This document shows, piece by piece, positions 10,668 through 20,178 of a stretch of DNA of 64,000 nucleotides; positions within the stretch are counted from its first letter, which is position 1; the number at the start of each line of letters is the position of its first letter. Made by a program: the position numbers and the translations under genes. The notes beneath the pieces were generated by a model, which saw only the letters and a program-made list of their open reading frames with translations, searched no databases and had not been told where the DNA came from. The stretch comes from Andalucia godoyi And28 (Eukaryota > Protista > Jakobida), in assembly GCA_009859145.1 (NCBI GenBank), contig VRVR01000020.1, positions 62,001 through 126,000 on the forward strand, written 5' to 3'.

Positions 10668-10733
10668 ATCATAATCATAATCATAATCATAATCATAATC
10701 ATAATCATAATCATAATCATAATCATAATCATA
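10668..10733. repeat. (ATCATA)11 hexanucleotide tandem repeat between divergent SF3B2 and N6AMT1
   Basis: Direct reading of the sequence. Confidence 0.9.
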
Positions 10734-10969
10734 ATTGAACAGTTCCCAAAATCAGGTAGACGGCTAGCATCAACTCATAACGGTAGACTCACGTCCAGCA
10801 TCAGCTGTAGTTTTTTTCCTGCAGTGCAGCTCGACTACAGTGAGGTGAATGACGAACAACGAAATTGCGTCGTTCTACTGGTGCTGCTTTGGGAACTGTG
10901 TTGTTTCGATTACGATTCACGAAGCACGTAGAGAACGTTGGCTGCGGCAGGATAAAAGTTGCATCACAT

Positions 10970-11711
10970 ATGCCTTCAAAGTACAGACCAAAGCTGGATC
11001 ACATATCGTTTGATACGCTGAAAGAGATTTACGATCCGTCCGATGACACGTTTTTGTTTTCCGATGTTTTGGAAGAGCAACAGGCTGCACTGAGCGCTGT
11101 GCTCCCTGGGATCTGTCTTGAGATAGGGTATGTACCATCCACTAGGTTTACGCTCTTGTGCTTGCTTATTTTTTGCAGTTTCGTCCATAATGACACTAAT
11201 CTGGCTTATGTCGATGGTGATGGTGAACAGACCGGCAACCGGGTATCTGACATGCCACTTAGCCCATATGTTTCCAGAGTCGCACTATGTGTCGGTTGAT
11301 GTGAACCCGATTGCATGTGCAACATGCAGTGCGACCTACAGAGAGAACCAAGTGTCGCAGGCTGATGTTGTTCATGGCGATCTGGTGACCTCTCTGTGCG
11401 ACTCGTCGGTGGACGTTGTCATTTTTAACCCGCCGTACGTTCCTTCTGAAGAGGATGAGCTGGGGACGCAGGACGTCATCGCGTCGTATGCAGGAGGTTG
11501 GAAAGGCAGGGTGGTCATTGACCGGTTTGTAACCCTTGTCTTTCCAAAGCTTAGGAGCTCCGGGTTGCTGTACTTGCTTGTCATTCGCGAAAATGAGCCA
11601 CTGGAGGTTATCGAGAACATGAAACGAAGAGGTTTCCTGGACGTGGCGGTCGTGGGCGAACAGAAACGAGGATGGGAGCACCAGTTCATCATTCGCGCTC
11701 GAAAACCGTGA
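10970..11711 (+). CDS. N6AMT1: HemK2/N6AMT1 (Mtq2) eRF1 glutamine methyltransferase; 2 exons (10970-11127, 11231-11711)
   Basis: IYDPSDDTFLFSD, CLEIG-PATG (motif I, joined by splicing), DVNP, DVVIFNPPYVP, YAGGWKGRVVIDRF. GTATGT donor, CACTAAT branch point, CAG acceptor; spliced length 639 nt is in frame. Confidence 0.93.
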
Positions 11712-12376
11712 TCATCAGCCTTCAAAGTGAATCCCGTATGCACACACGCGCATCGTCGGAAGATCTCGAAACAGTGATCGTGCGCACTATTGGACCGGTC
11801 AGTTCCACGAGAACTACGTCAAAGGAGTGGCAGGCAGTCCATGGCGATGATTAGAGAAAATGGGAAGATGCCCCCGGAGTTGTCTGAAACGACATGGCGT
11901 GTATGCCACTGGTGGGCTCACTGGCGAGACTGCCTCTGAAAGCTCCTGGACTCTCTCCACTTGCACACCCCGTGTTTCTGTGTTTGTGCCGTCGCAGCCC
12001 ATGAAGCAGCAAGCCATTTGGACTTCCCGGAGCATCTCCGCAAGTCGATCGATGACCTCCTGAGAGGTAAAACATGCGATGGCGAGTATGTGGTAGGTTT
12101 TGGTGTTTGCTTGTTTGTTTGTTTTTCTTTTCTTTTTCTTCTTCTTTTGAGCGATCATGTTGCGCACGAGATTGACAGGGACTGATGAGAATGCTCAAAC
12201 GTATTTTTACGTAGAAGATAGATAACTTGACAGAATACTGCAGGGAAATGATGAGCGGGACCAAGAAGAGTAGATAAACAGATAAAGGATGCGATACGTG
12301 TGCCAGCATTCTCACAGCTCCGTGTGCTAATGAGATGGTAACATTTGATTCGTAGAAAGGATGCGTTGCTCGCTGC

Positions 12377-13251
12377 TTATGACGACGATTTGTCCATTGG
12401 CTCCCATTTGAGCCGGGCTTCGAAGTATTTGAGCGCAGCGACAGGATTGTCAGCATAGACCACTTCCTTTGTTTCCCATCTCGAGTCTATCCTTCCCATC
12501 CGATCCATGCGATTTACTCTAAAAAACAGCGAGTCCGAGAGTTTTCTGCAGCCCACGACCTCCGTGATTGCACCAAGCTCAGCAACCTTGGTATCCGGTC
12601 TAATTGAAATTCTGTCGTCGGTCGAGCTATTCTTTGTACCATCACTAGAGCCCGGCTCTCCTCTGCTGTGACTCGAATGGCTACTCGACGTCGAGAGCCG
12701 TGCTACTTTTGACGGCTCCCCTCGCTCCTCACTCTCTCCCTCTCGTTTCCTCTTCAAACCATCCTTCCCAGGAGTTCCCGAACCCGATTTCCCGCTCGAA
12801 TTAACAGATGCTGACGACCCAGACGCACCACCAGCAGCCGAAGCCGAAGCCGAAGCCGAAGCCGAAGCCGAAGCCGAAACACCAGCACCAGCACCAGCAC
12901 CAGCACCAGCAACACTACTATTAGATCCTCCAAACTGTTTTTCATACTCGTGCACAACCGCCGGAATGTCCTCCATCAGCGTCGAATAAGGCTCCCACGT
13001 CTTTCATCCGTCCATTAAATCAACAAAAAAAAACGAAAAAGGAACCCCCCCAAAACAAAACAAAAAATCATTAGGTCGATGAAAACACAAGAAGGAAAAC
13101 AAACACCGCAAAGCGGAAGAAAAAACAAAATGCATACGTTTGCGTCGTCGCCATAGCCCTTCCATTTGACAAGATACTCGACTCGATTCGCGATCTTTCG
13201 CTTGTCAAGCAGCTTTTCGACTTCATACTGCTCGATTTCCTTCTTTGGCAT
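12377..13251 (-). CDS. HP1-like protein: N-terminal chromodomain, Ala/Ser/Gly-rich basic hinge, C-terminal chromoshadow-like domain; 2 exons (13138-13251, 12377-13000)
   Basis: Spliced YEVEKLLDKRK...EYLVKWKGYGDDAN|TWEP is a canonical chromodomain with the aromatic cage. GTATGC...AAG phase-0 intron. Hinge has KRKR; C-terminus ends ...NPVAALKYFEARLKW. Confidence 0.88.
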
Positions 13252-13634
13252 GTTCACAATCTTCAAACAGGAGCCTTCAAAAGCAGCACCAGGCAAATAC
13301 GATATCTCTTTCTCTCAAAATTAAATAAAAAAGGGAAAAAAACCCACACTCGACGCAAATCACACAATGAAAAGAATCCACAAACGAACGATCGTGATTC
13401 TTGAAGTCGCATAAAGAAGAGGAAAGCTTCAGTGGCTCAGGTCGCGCGCCAGTTCCGAAGGCAGTGTTTTTGTTTTTTACGAGCGTTGGAGCGAAGGTGC
13501 GCGTCTCTGGGGATGTCTGGAAAGCTTTGTCTCACGTACGTGGTCACAAGGTGAAAAGAGAGAGGATGAAGATGAATGGATAACCAAATGCTTTACATGA
13601 TAATCAGAAGGATTGTGTAAGTTCTTGGGGCAGT

Positions 13635-13913
13635 CTAGTCAAAGGCAGACTGTTGCGCGGCTGGCGCGGCCATGGCAGTTGAGATCGAGTATTCAAACTT
13701 CATGATTGACTCGTAGAACTCGAGTGCCTTGATTGCGTCTTCTGGAGATCGATGGAGCACCGATGCATGTTCCCATCTTGAGCTCTTGTTGGTTTGCACC
13801 GTCGGATCGACTCGCGTCACCATGTAGTAAAGAGATTCGTTGTGCCACCGTGCGTCCGTCACAGACAGTACTCGTCCAAGATTGTCCAACGACGTCGACA
13901 CACTGCTTGCCAT
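13635..13913 (-). CDS. Stand-alone chromoshadow-like protein (92 aa), paralogous to the C-terminal domain of the adjacent HP1-like gene
   Basis: LGRVLSVTDARWHNESLYYMVTRVD...SRWEHASVL...AIKALEFYESIMKF aligns with LGAITEVVGCRKLSDSLFFRVNRMD...SRWETKEVV...VAALKYFEARLKW. Confidence 0.7.
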   Translation of the reverse strand: MASSVSTSLDNLGRVLSVTDARWHNESLYYMVTRVDPTVQTNKSSRWEHASVLHRSPEDAIKALEFYESIMKFEYSISTAMAAPAAQQSAFD

Positions 13914-14338
13914 TTCCCCTCCCCTTTCGCTCAACGTCACTTACTCACTGCTCTCTGCGTCTCACGGCTGTCTTGAGGCCTCACTGCTTCACAAACGGTT
14001 GGTCCCATAACTGCACTACTGCGGGAATCATTTTTTGCGGTGTGCTTGAGTTTCCGTCGGCTAAGCATCAATTGTTGCAAGACAGCAAAAGAAAGCACGG
14101 AATGACAAAACACTCGGAACTGTCACTCGTTGTCACCTATGTCACCGGTCATCGTTTGTCATTTCTCATTACTCATTGCCTTTTCTCTTCTGTTTTTCAA
14201 TCGGACTGCGACCATTCAGTCGACCTTTAAACATTTTTTTGCTTCTGCTTCTGCGTCTTCTTCTGCGTCTTCAGAAGAAATCATCTGGGTGTTTTTCACG
14301 GGTTGTTTTGTTTTCCTCTTCGTGTAGAGCGGTGTCGA

Positions 14339-17300
14339 ATGGACCTTTCTGCACTGACGTATATTCCGGCAGAAGGCGCCGTTGACTCGGTGTTTTCCAG
14401 CTTTGAAAAGGATGCCTTCGGAAATATTCCTGGACGAGCTGCAGGGACCTATCTTGCACAGTCACAGCTTCCGCGCGAGGTTCTGGCGACCATCTGGAAA
14501 CTTGCGGATCGTGATAAACGCGGAGCGCTGGATCGCCGAGCTTTCGGAACCGCTTTAAAGCTTATTGTACTTGCCAAGCTTGGAAAGCCCTTGGATGTTT
14601 CTGTCGCGGATTCAATGGCTTCCGCAGCCCCGGGTTATCCTGCATACGGGTTTGCACAGTCGCCGCAGCAGCAGCCGAGCTTTCTGCCGCAAAGTGCTCC
14701 TCCACAAGCGACATCGCCGAGTTTTTCTGGTTTCAACGACCCGTATGCACCAACGGAACACGAACGAATCCAATTTCTGGCGCAGTTCAGAACCCTGGAC
14801 TCGGATAACTCGGGGAACGTGGCGGGTACGGCGTGTCGAAACGAGTTTCTTAGATTTGGAATCCCTGCAACACAGTTAAAGTCAATATGGGGTCTCTCGG
14901 ATCTTACTCGAGATGGCAAGTTGGACGTGAAGGAGTTTATGATTGCGATGGCGCTTATTACGCGCGCGCGTAGTGGGCTCCCAGTCCCGGAGAAGCTTCC
15001 TCTGTCTCTCGTGTCGTTTGATCCATTGCAGCCTGTCGCAGCACCTGTGGAGGAGAAACCCGTCCAGTTTGGTCTTCCGCAAACTGTCTATGCTGATCAG
15101 TTTGCCATTCAGCAGCAGCAACTATCAATGATGGGAATGCAGTCAAACATGCAACCTGCGCATGCCCCGAGTACACAACAATTTTCTCCAGTTCCTGCAG
15201 TTTCTCTGGCACAGGAACCCGTTCCTGTTGTCGCGGAGAAGAAGCAGGAATCGAAAAAATTGGAGAAAAAAGTTGTTGACGCGTCTGCATTTGAGGCTTC
15301 TGTGTTGTCTGGCGCATTTGCTGAAATTTCAAACACATTCTCCAAACCAAAGCCTGCTGACCCGGTTGCGGCACAGCCAGTCGCAGCTTCTGTAGCTGTT
15401 CCTGCATATGGTGGCTTCGATTCCGGAAGCAGCACTGGAGGATTTGCCTCTTTTGACTCCCAACCAGGATTTGGACAGCCTGGTGCTGCTACTGGTCCTG
15501 CACCTTCTTCGGGGTTCGCATCGTTTGATTCACAATCTGCATTCAGTGGGCCGTCAATTGTCCCTGCTTCCTCGTCGTTTGATACCGGCTTTGGTTCCGG
15601 TTCATTCGGGAATTCGCAACCGGCGGCCTTTGGGTTTGATTCCGGGAGCAGTTTCGGACAGAACAGTGCTTTCCATAGCGCGCAGCCTACTTTCGGTGCG
15701 TCGTCGGGTTTTGGTCAAACTTCTACTGGTTTCGGCGATTCTGCGGCATTTGGGCAGCCCCAGCAAGCGAGTGGCTTTGACTCGACGGCTTCTTTTGGCC
15801 AGCCGTCAGCGTTCGGGCAGCCCCAGCAAGCGAGTGGCTTTGACTCGACGGCTTCTTTTGGCCAGCCGTCAGCGTTCGGGCAACCCCAGCAAGCGAGTGG
15901 CTTTGATAATGCGGGTTTCGGAGTTCAGTCTTCCGCTGCGTTCGGACTCAGCGGTAACGCCCCTGTGCAAGCATTGACCCAGTCCCAGTTACAACAACAA
16001 GAGCAGCAACTGCTGCAATCGTCAGCGGTCAGTGAGCACCCATCGAAACATTCTCCTCCTAAACTCTCCGTTCCGGAAAGAGAGACGGTACCGGTATCGA
16101 CAATTCCTTCCCCCGTACCGAATGTTTCGTCTGCTCCCTCGAGCCCGTCTTCTGGGACTCCTGCCCTTCGAGGAGTTTTGAGCCGTTCTTCTTCTATGGA
16201 CTCTGTTGAATCATTGGACGGTGACGGTAAGAAAAAGAGGAAAAATGGAAAAGTGTCTTTCAACGACAAGCTGGACGTTAAAACGTTTTCCAAGCCTTCC
16301 AAAGATGACATCCCTTCACCGGACGGCCCACCGCCAGCAAACATGTTTGCACCACAAGCCCAGCCTGTTCCTGCAGCTGGTCCGCATTCTCCCCATCCAC
16401 CTTCATCTGCGGCGTCTCCACGTCTTACAGTACCGACTCCGCAAGAAATCGGAATGATGCAGCAACAAGCTCAGGCAGCAGACAAACGCGTTCAGCAACT
16501 CCAAGGACAGATTGTTCTGGATGCTCGAACGCTGCAGATGTTGACCATGCAAAGAATTACGTTGGAGACAAAACTTGAAACATTGAATGATTTGATTTCG
16601 CATTATGAGGAAGACTTGGCGACGCAGAACTCGGCAAAGGCGACATTACAAGCACAGATTAGCGAGGTAGAGCGTCGCTTACGTGCTTCAGAACAGAAAT
16701 CAAAGTCTCTTGATGAAGAAATTGCTGCGCTAAAAGGGGAGGTTGCTGGTCTTGAACTCAAGTTTACTGGCTTGTCGCTTCAGGCTGAGAAAGTGGACAA
16801 GATGAATTCTTCTAAAGCAGCAGAGATTGCGCAGTTGCAGGCCCGCAAAGCGAATGCGACCACAGGAGGCGTTTCCAAAACTGTGCATGATCCCCTCGCA
16901 TCCAATAAGAAAGATGAATTTGGTGCATTTGCTGGAAACTCTTTCGGATCTTTTGACTCAACTGCCACAACCGGCACGAATTCATCTATTGGAAAAGTCG
17001 ATGACTTTGGTTCCTTTGGAGATGCGTCCAGTTTTGAAGTTTTCCCAGTTCAACCACCGTCCGCCATGGCAGCCCATTCTTCTTTTAGTGGTAGTGATTT
17101 CGGAGATTCGACGTTCACAGGCTTTAACAGCTCTCCAGTAGTTGCCACGTCCGTCCAAAAAGATGATTTTGGCTCGTTTGACGATACAGGATTTGGTTCG
17201 TTTGACGATAATAAGTCTTCCGCAATCAAGCATCATGATGCATTTGGATCTTTCAATGGCGGCTTTGATGTTCCTGCTCAGACCTCCCCGGCTGCTGCAA

Positions 17301-18172
17301 AGAGTGATGATTTCGGTGGTTTTGGAGACTCGTCGTTCGGTGATTTCGACACCAAGCCTGCTGCTGCTGCTCCTGCTCCTGCTGCTGCTCCTGCAAAGAC
17401 CTCCCCGGCTGCTGCAAAGAGTGATGATTTCGGTGGTTTTGGAGACTCGTCGTTCGGTGATTTCGACACCAAGCCTGCTGCTGCTGCTCCTGCTGCTGCT
17501 GCTGCTCCTGCAAAGACCTCTCCGGCTGCTGCAAAGAGTGATGATTTCGGCGGCTTTGGAGACTCGTCGTTCGGTGATTTCGACACCAAGCCTGTTATGC
17601 CCATATCTGCTGAAAAGTCAAAAGAGACTAGCGAATCGTCCGTCAGCTCCGCGCCTGTGGATTTCGGATTTGAGTCTTCTAGTTTCGAAAATTCCGGGGA
17701 AACTTCCACGGGTTTCGGATTTGCAACTGGCGCCTCTGATTTCGCAGCAGTAACAAGCCCCACAGAGTCATCTACGGCCCCTAGCTTTTCTTTTGGCTTT
17801 GAACCAAAGGATACTGCATTTGGAGATTTTACTCCTGTAGAATCATCCTCATTTGCCTTTGCTCCCGCAAATGCATCATTTGCACCCGTTGATCCCGCCT
17901 TTGGATCCGATTCGTTTGGATTTGATGCGTCTGCACCACCTTCTATGGCTGCAAATGCGGCTACCACTGCTTCTTTGACTGCAGCGGCTCCCGCCAAGAA
18001 GTTAGATGGCTTTGACGATGCTGGATTTGATGATTTTGGGTCTGTTACTGCTGCAAATGATTTTGGTGATTTTGACGCTCCTGCATCTGCTCCTAAACAG
18101 GCTCCGGCTGTTGCGTCTGCAGGAGGAGACGATGGTTTTGGAGACGCGGGTGGATGGGATTCTTCGTTTTAG
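14339..18172 (+). CDS. Eps15/Ede1-like endocytic scaffold: two EH domains, Phe-Gly/Ser-rich region, coiled coil, long DDFG/DF-motif tail
   Basis: EH1: SQLPREVLATIWKLADRDKRGALDRRAF. EH2: GIPATQLKSIWGLSDLTRDGKLDVKEFMIAMALI...LPVPEKLPLSL. Heptad region about 16460-16860; many DDFG motifs. Confidence 0.88.
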   Translation: MDLSALTYIPAEGAVDSVFSSFEKDAFGNIPGRAAGTYLAQSQLPREVLATIWKLADRDKRGALDRRAFGTALKLIVLAKLGKPLDVSVADSMASAAPGYPAYGFAQSPQQQPSFLPQSAPPQATSPSFSGFNDPYAPTEHERIQFLAQFRTLDSDNSGNVAGTACRNEFLRFGIPATQLKSIWGLSDLTRDGKLDVKEFMIAMALITRARSGLPVPEKLPLSLVSFDPLQPVAAPVEEKPVQFGLPQTVYADQFAIQQQQLSMMGMQSNMQPAHAPSTQQFSPVPAVSLAQEPVPVVAEKKQESKKLEKKVVDASAFEASVLSGAFAEISNTFSKPKPADPVAAQPVAASVAVPAYGGFDSGSSTGGFASFDSQPGFGQPGAATGPAPSSGFASFDSQSAFSGPSIVPASSSFDTGFGSGSFGNSQPAAFGFDSGSSFGQNSAFHSAQPTFGASSGFGQTSTGFGDSAAFGQPQQASGFDSTASFGQPSAFGQPQQASGFDSTASFGQPSAFGQPQQASGFDNAGFGVQSSAAFGLSGNAPVQALTQSQLQQQEQQLLQSSAVSEHPSKHSPPKLSVPERETVPVSTIPSPVPNVSSAPSSPSSGTPALRGVLSRSSSMDSVESLDGDGKKKRKNGKVSFNDKLDVKTFSKPSKDDIPSPDGPPPANMFAPQAQPVPAAGPHSPHPPSSAASPRLTVPTPQEIGMMQQQAQAADKRVQQLQGQIVLDARTLQMLTMQRITLETKLETLNDLISHYEEDLATQNSAKATLQAQISEVERRLRASEQKSKSLDEEIAALKGEVAGLELKFTGLSLQAEKVDKMNSSKAAEIAQLQARKANATTGGVSKTVHDPLASNKKDEFGAFAGNSFGSFDSTATTGTNSSIGKVDDFGSFGDASSFEVFPVQPPSAMAAHSSFSGSDFGDSTFTGFNSSPVVATSVQKDDFGSFDDTGFGSFDDNKSSAIKHHDAFGSFNGGFDVPAQTSPAAAKSDDFGGFGDSSFGDFDTKPAAAAPAPAAAPAKTSPAAAKSDDFGGFGDSSFGDFDTKPAAAAPAAAAAPAKTSPAAAKSDDFGGFGDSSFGDFDTKPVMPISAEKSKETSESSVSSAPVDFGFESSSFENSGETSTGFGFATGASDFAAVTSPTESSTAPSFSFGFEPKDTAFGDFTPVESSSFAFAPANASFAPVDPAFGSDSFGFDASAPPSMAANAATTASLTAAAPAKKLDGFDDAGFDDFGSVTAANDFGDFDAPASAPKQAPAVASAGGDDGFGDAGGWDSSF
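15752..15907 (+). repeat. Intragenic 63-bp (21-aa) tandem repeat, about 2.5 copies (GQPQQASGFDSTASFGQPSAF)
   Basis: Units start at 15752, 15815 and 15878. Confidence 0.9.
17281..17594 (+). repeat. Intragenic 117-bp (39-aa) tandem repeat, about 2.7 copies (TSPAAAKSDDFGGFGDSSFGDFDTKPAAAAP...)
   Basis: Units start at 17281, 17398 and 17515 and are near-identical. Confidence 0.9.
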
Positions 18173-18330
18173 TCAGGGTAGGTTTTCTCCTTCCTCCCCC
18201 TCTTTCCCCCTCGGATCTTGTAAAGTTATTGTGTTTTGTGCAGCAAATTTCAAAATTCCCGGAGGGGTTTACTCTGGGATTGGTACAAGAAGTGAGTAGA
18301 AGAAAAAGAAAAGATGCATCGGGAAGTACG

Positions 18331-20178
18331 TTAGTTCGTAGAAGAGAGATGCTGCTGAAAGGACGAAAGAAATGCTTCTTCAAATGATACAGGAGAACCT
18401 CGGGGATTTCCCAGAACACCAGCAACCAAGATTCCTACCTCAACGTCCAGTTCTCGAGCAAAGTCCGGAAGGCACCAATTCAGTAGATGGCGTCGAAGAC
18501 CGGTCCAGAATGGTGGTGTCTTGCCGAAACGCACTGCATAATGAAAAGACATTAATTGGATTCGGTAGGCATAGGCTCGACGAGTCATTCGGTGCGGAAG
18601 GCGCGTCTCCAAAACGTTATGTGCTGGATAATGTTGAAGAAACTCCGCATGCGATGCAAGTGCGCCGTCAAAAATCTTTCTCTTGAAATCACGATATCGA
18701 AAAGACGGAAGTTCCTCCTCGTCCAAGATCAATTCCAACTCCTTGGCCAACACAGCTTGCGGCAGCAGCTCTTCCAAAAATCCAGCGCCAAAAGAATCCG
18801 GAGAGAACATGGACGATGCAGCGTCGCGGGACGAGGACTGCGCCAAAGGAGGCGCATGACGTAGCTGGTTCTCAAAATCATCGGAAGTACGCATCAGGAT
18901 GGTCGATAGACGAATCGGTGCTGGAGGAGAACTGGCTGTTCTACGAGAAGAATGATGATGATGATGATGATGCTGATGGCTGCCGGCAAATTTGTTGTCA
19001 TCGGAACGGAACGGTGCACTTGTGTTTAGCGGCACGACTCCTTCTACAGAAATGGCGAGCTGAGGCGGCGCAGCAATCGTCTGGTGGTGCTGCTGATGTG
19101 GTTGCTGCTGCTGCATCGCTGGTCTAGGCGGACCATGGACATTCATCACAGTTCCCGAAGGATGAATCCCAGAAACTGCATTGTAGGACTGAATTGCATA
19201 GCCGGTTGCGGCATGTGGCGCCATCATAAACGGTTGGTTGTGATAATACGTTCCAGGATTGGGAACAGGAAACCCTGACATCGGTGGGTAGGAGAAATCT
19301 TGAAGAGACGGCGGGTGCCCCACACTGGGGATCCCTGATGACGGCGGCCCAAACATCAAGCCCGCTCGAAGATTGGGCATTGACTTGGCTCGAGCCCAAG
19401 CTGCAGCCGTGTTTTGTCGGAACATCTGGTATCGGTCCAGCCCAACAGACGGCCGATTGCTGGTATTCGCATCCAGTGCATTCGATGCAGGGCTTGACGA
19501 TGAAAAGTGCGTGCTTCGCAATCCAGCAGAATGATACGCAGGATCGCTGATATACTGTCCTTCCATCATGTTACCGCCTCCGCCACCACCGCTAACGCTA
19601 CTGCTACTGCTGACGTTGCTGCTGCTGCTGCTGCTGTTGTTGTTGTTGTTGTTGTTCTGCGGAACAGGGTTCTGAGGAAAGGACGAACGATCGGTTTGCA
19701 TGTATAGACTCTGGGGTGCATAGCTTGGTCCGGGCATCATCGTTGGTGCCGAACGCTCGAGAGTGGGACATGTAGCTTGTCTTGAAAAGTTGGAGCGAAA
19801 TGGCTGTCCAGAAAAGGGCCCAGTGTGATGATACCGTCTTTCCTCGTATCTGCTGGTTGCAGCATTTTCCAGTGAGTTACTATTCCCAGCAGCAGTGTAC
19901 ACAGCAGCACTCTCATTAGTTGTCAAATGCGAGGTACTACCCGGCGATCGTTCACGCTTCCGACTGGCCGTCGAAGCCGCGATCGAGTCTTCACCAAGGA
20001 GAGGCATCCCACGTCGGCTATCCGTGCCACTTGATGGCTGAGTCGGTATTGAAGGGTACATCGAACTCAGATTTCCAGTGCTAGCCATTCGACCCTGTTG
20101 ACGCAGAAGCCCTTCTGATTTTCTTACAACCTTTTTTCGGCTGACTGCGTTTGGATCATCTGCGGAATGTGGCTGCAT
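18331..20178 (-). CDS. Hypothetical protein (615 aa): low-complexity S/N/P/Q/H-rich N-terminus plus a C-terminal globular domain shared with 31541-33712
   Basis: Long ORF; C-terminal FRYRDFKRKIFD...PAH...RLPHRMTRR...PPFW is similar to the paralog. Confidence 0.8.
   Translation of the reverse strand: MQPHSADDPNAVSRKKVVRKSEGLLRQQGRMASTGNLSSMYPSIPTQPSSGTDSRRGMPLLGEDSIAASTASRKRERSPGSTSHLTTNESAAVYTAAGNSNSLENAATSRYEERRYHHTGPFSGQPFRSNFSRQATCPTLERSAPTMMPGPSYAPQSLYMQTDRSSFPQNPVPQNNNNNNNSSSSSSNVSSSSSVSGGGGGGNMMEGQYISDPAYHSAGLRSTHFSSSSPASNALDANTSNRPSVGLDRYQMFRQNTAAAWARAKSMPNLRAGLMFGPPSSGIPSVGHPPSLQDFSYPPMSGFPVPNPGTYYHNQPFMMAPHAATGYAIQSYNAVSGIHPSGTVMNVHGPPRPAMQQQQPHQQHHQTIAAPPQLAISVEGVVPLNTSAPFRSDDNKFAGSHQHHHHHHHSSRRTASSPPAPIRLSTILMRTSDDFENQLRHAPPLAQSSSRDAASSMFSPDSFGAGFLEELLPQAVLAKELELILDEEELPSFRYRDFKRKIFDGALASHAEFLQHYPAHNVLETRLPHRMTRRAYAYRIQLMSFHYAVRFGKTPPFWTGLRRHLLNWCLPDFARELDVEVGILVAGVLGNPRGSPVSFEEAFLSSFQQHLSSTN

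Noticed and set aside
8998-10931. Long antisense ORFs (8998-10191, 10038-10931) and similar shadows (e.g. 35761-36750, 54166-54912, 17278-17997)
   Set aside because: They are opposite-strand or frame-shifted shadows of well-supported genes, or run through microsatellites.
11814-12167. Possible third small chromatin gene downstream of the HP1-like gene
   Set aside because: No chromo or chromoshadow similarity in any frame; the start lies in A-rich intergenic sequence.
17281-17594. Regular 117-bp (and 63-bp at 15752-15907) direct repeats as a CRISPR-like array
   Set aside because: The units are multiples of 3, lie in frame inside the EH protein, and have no unique spacers.
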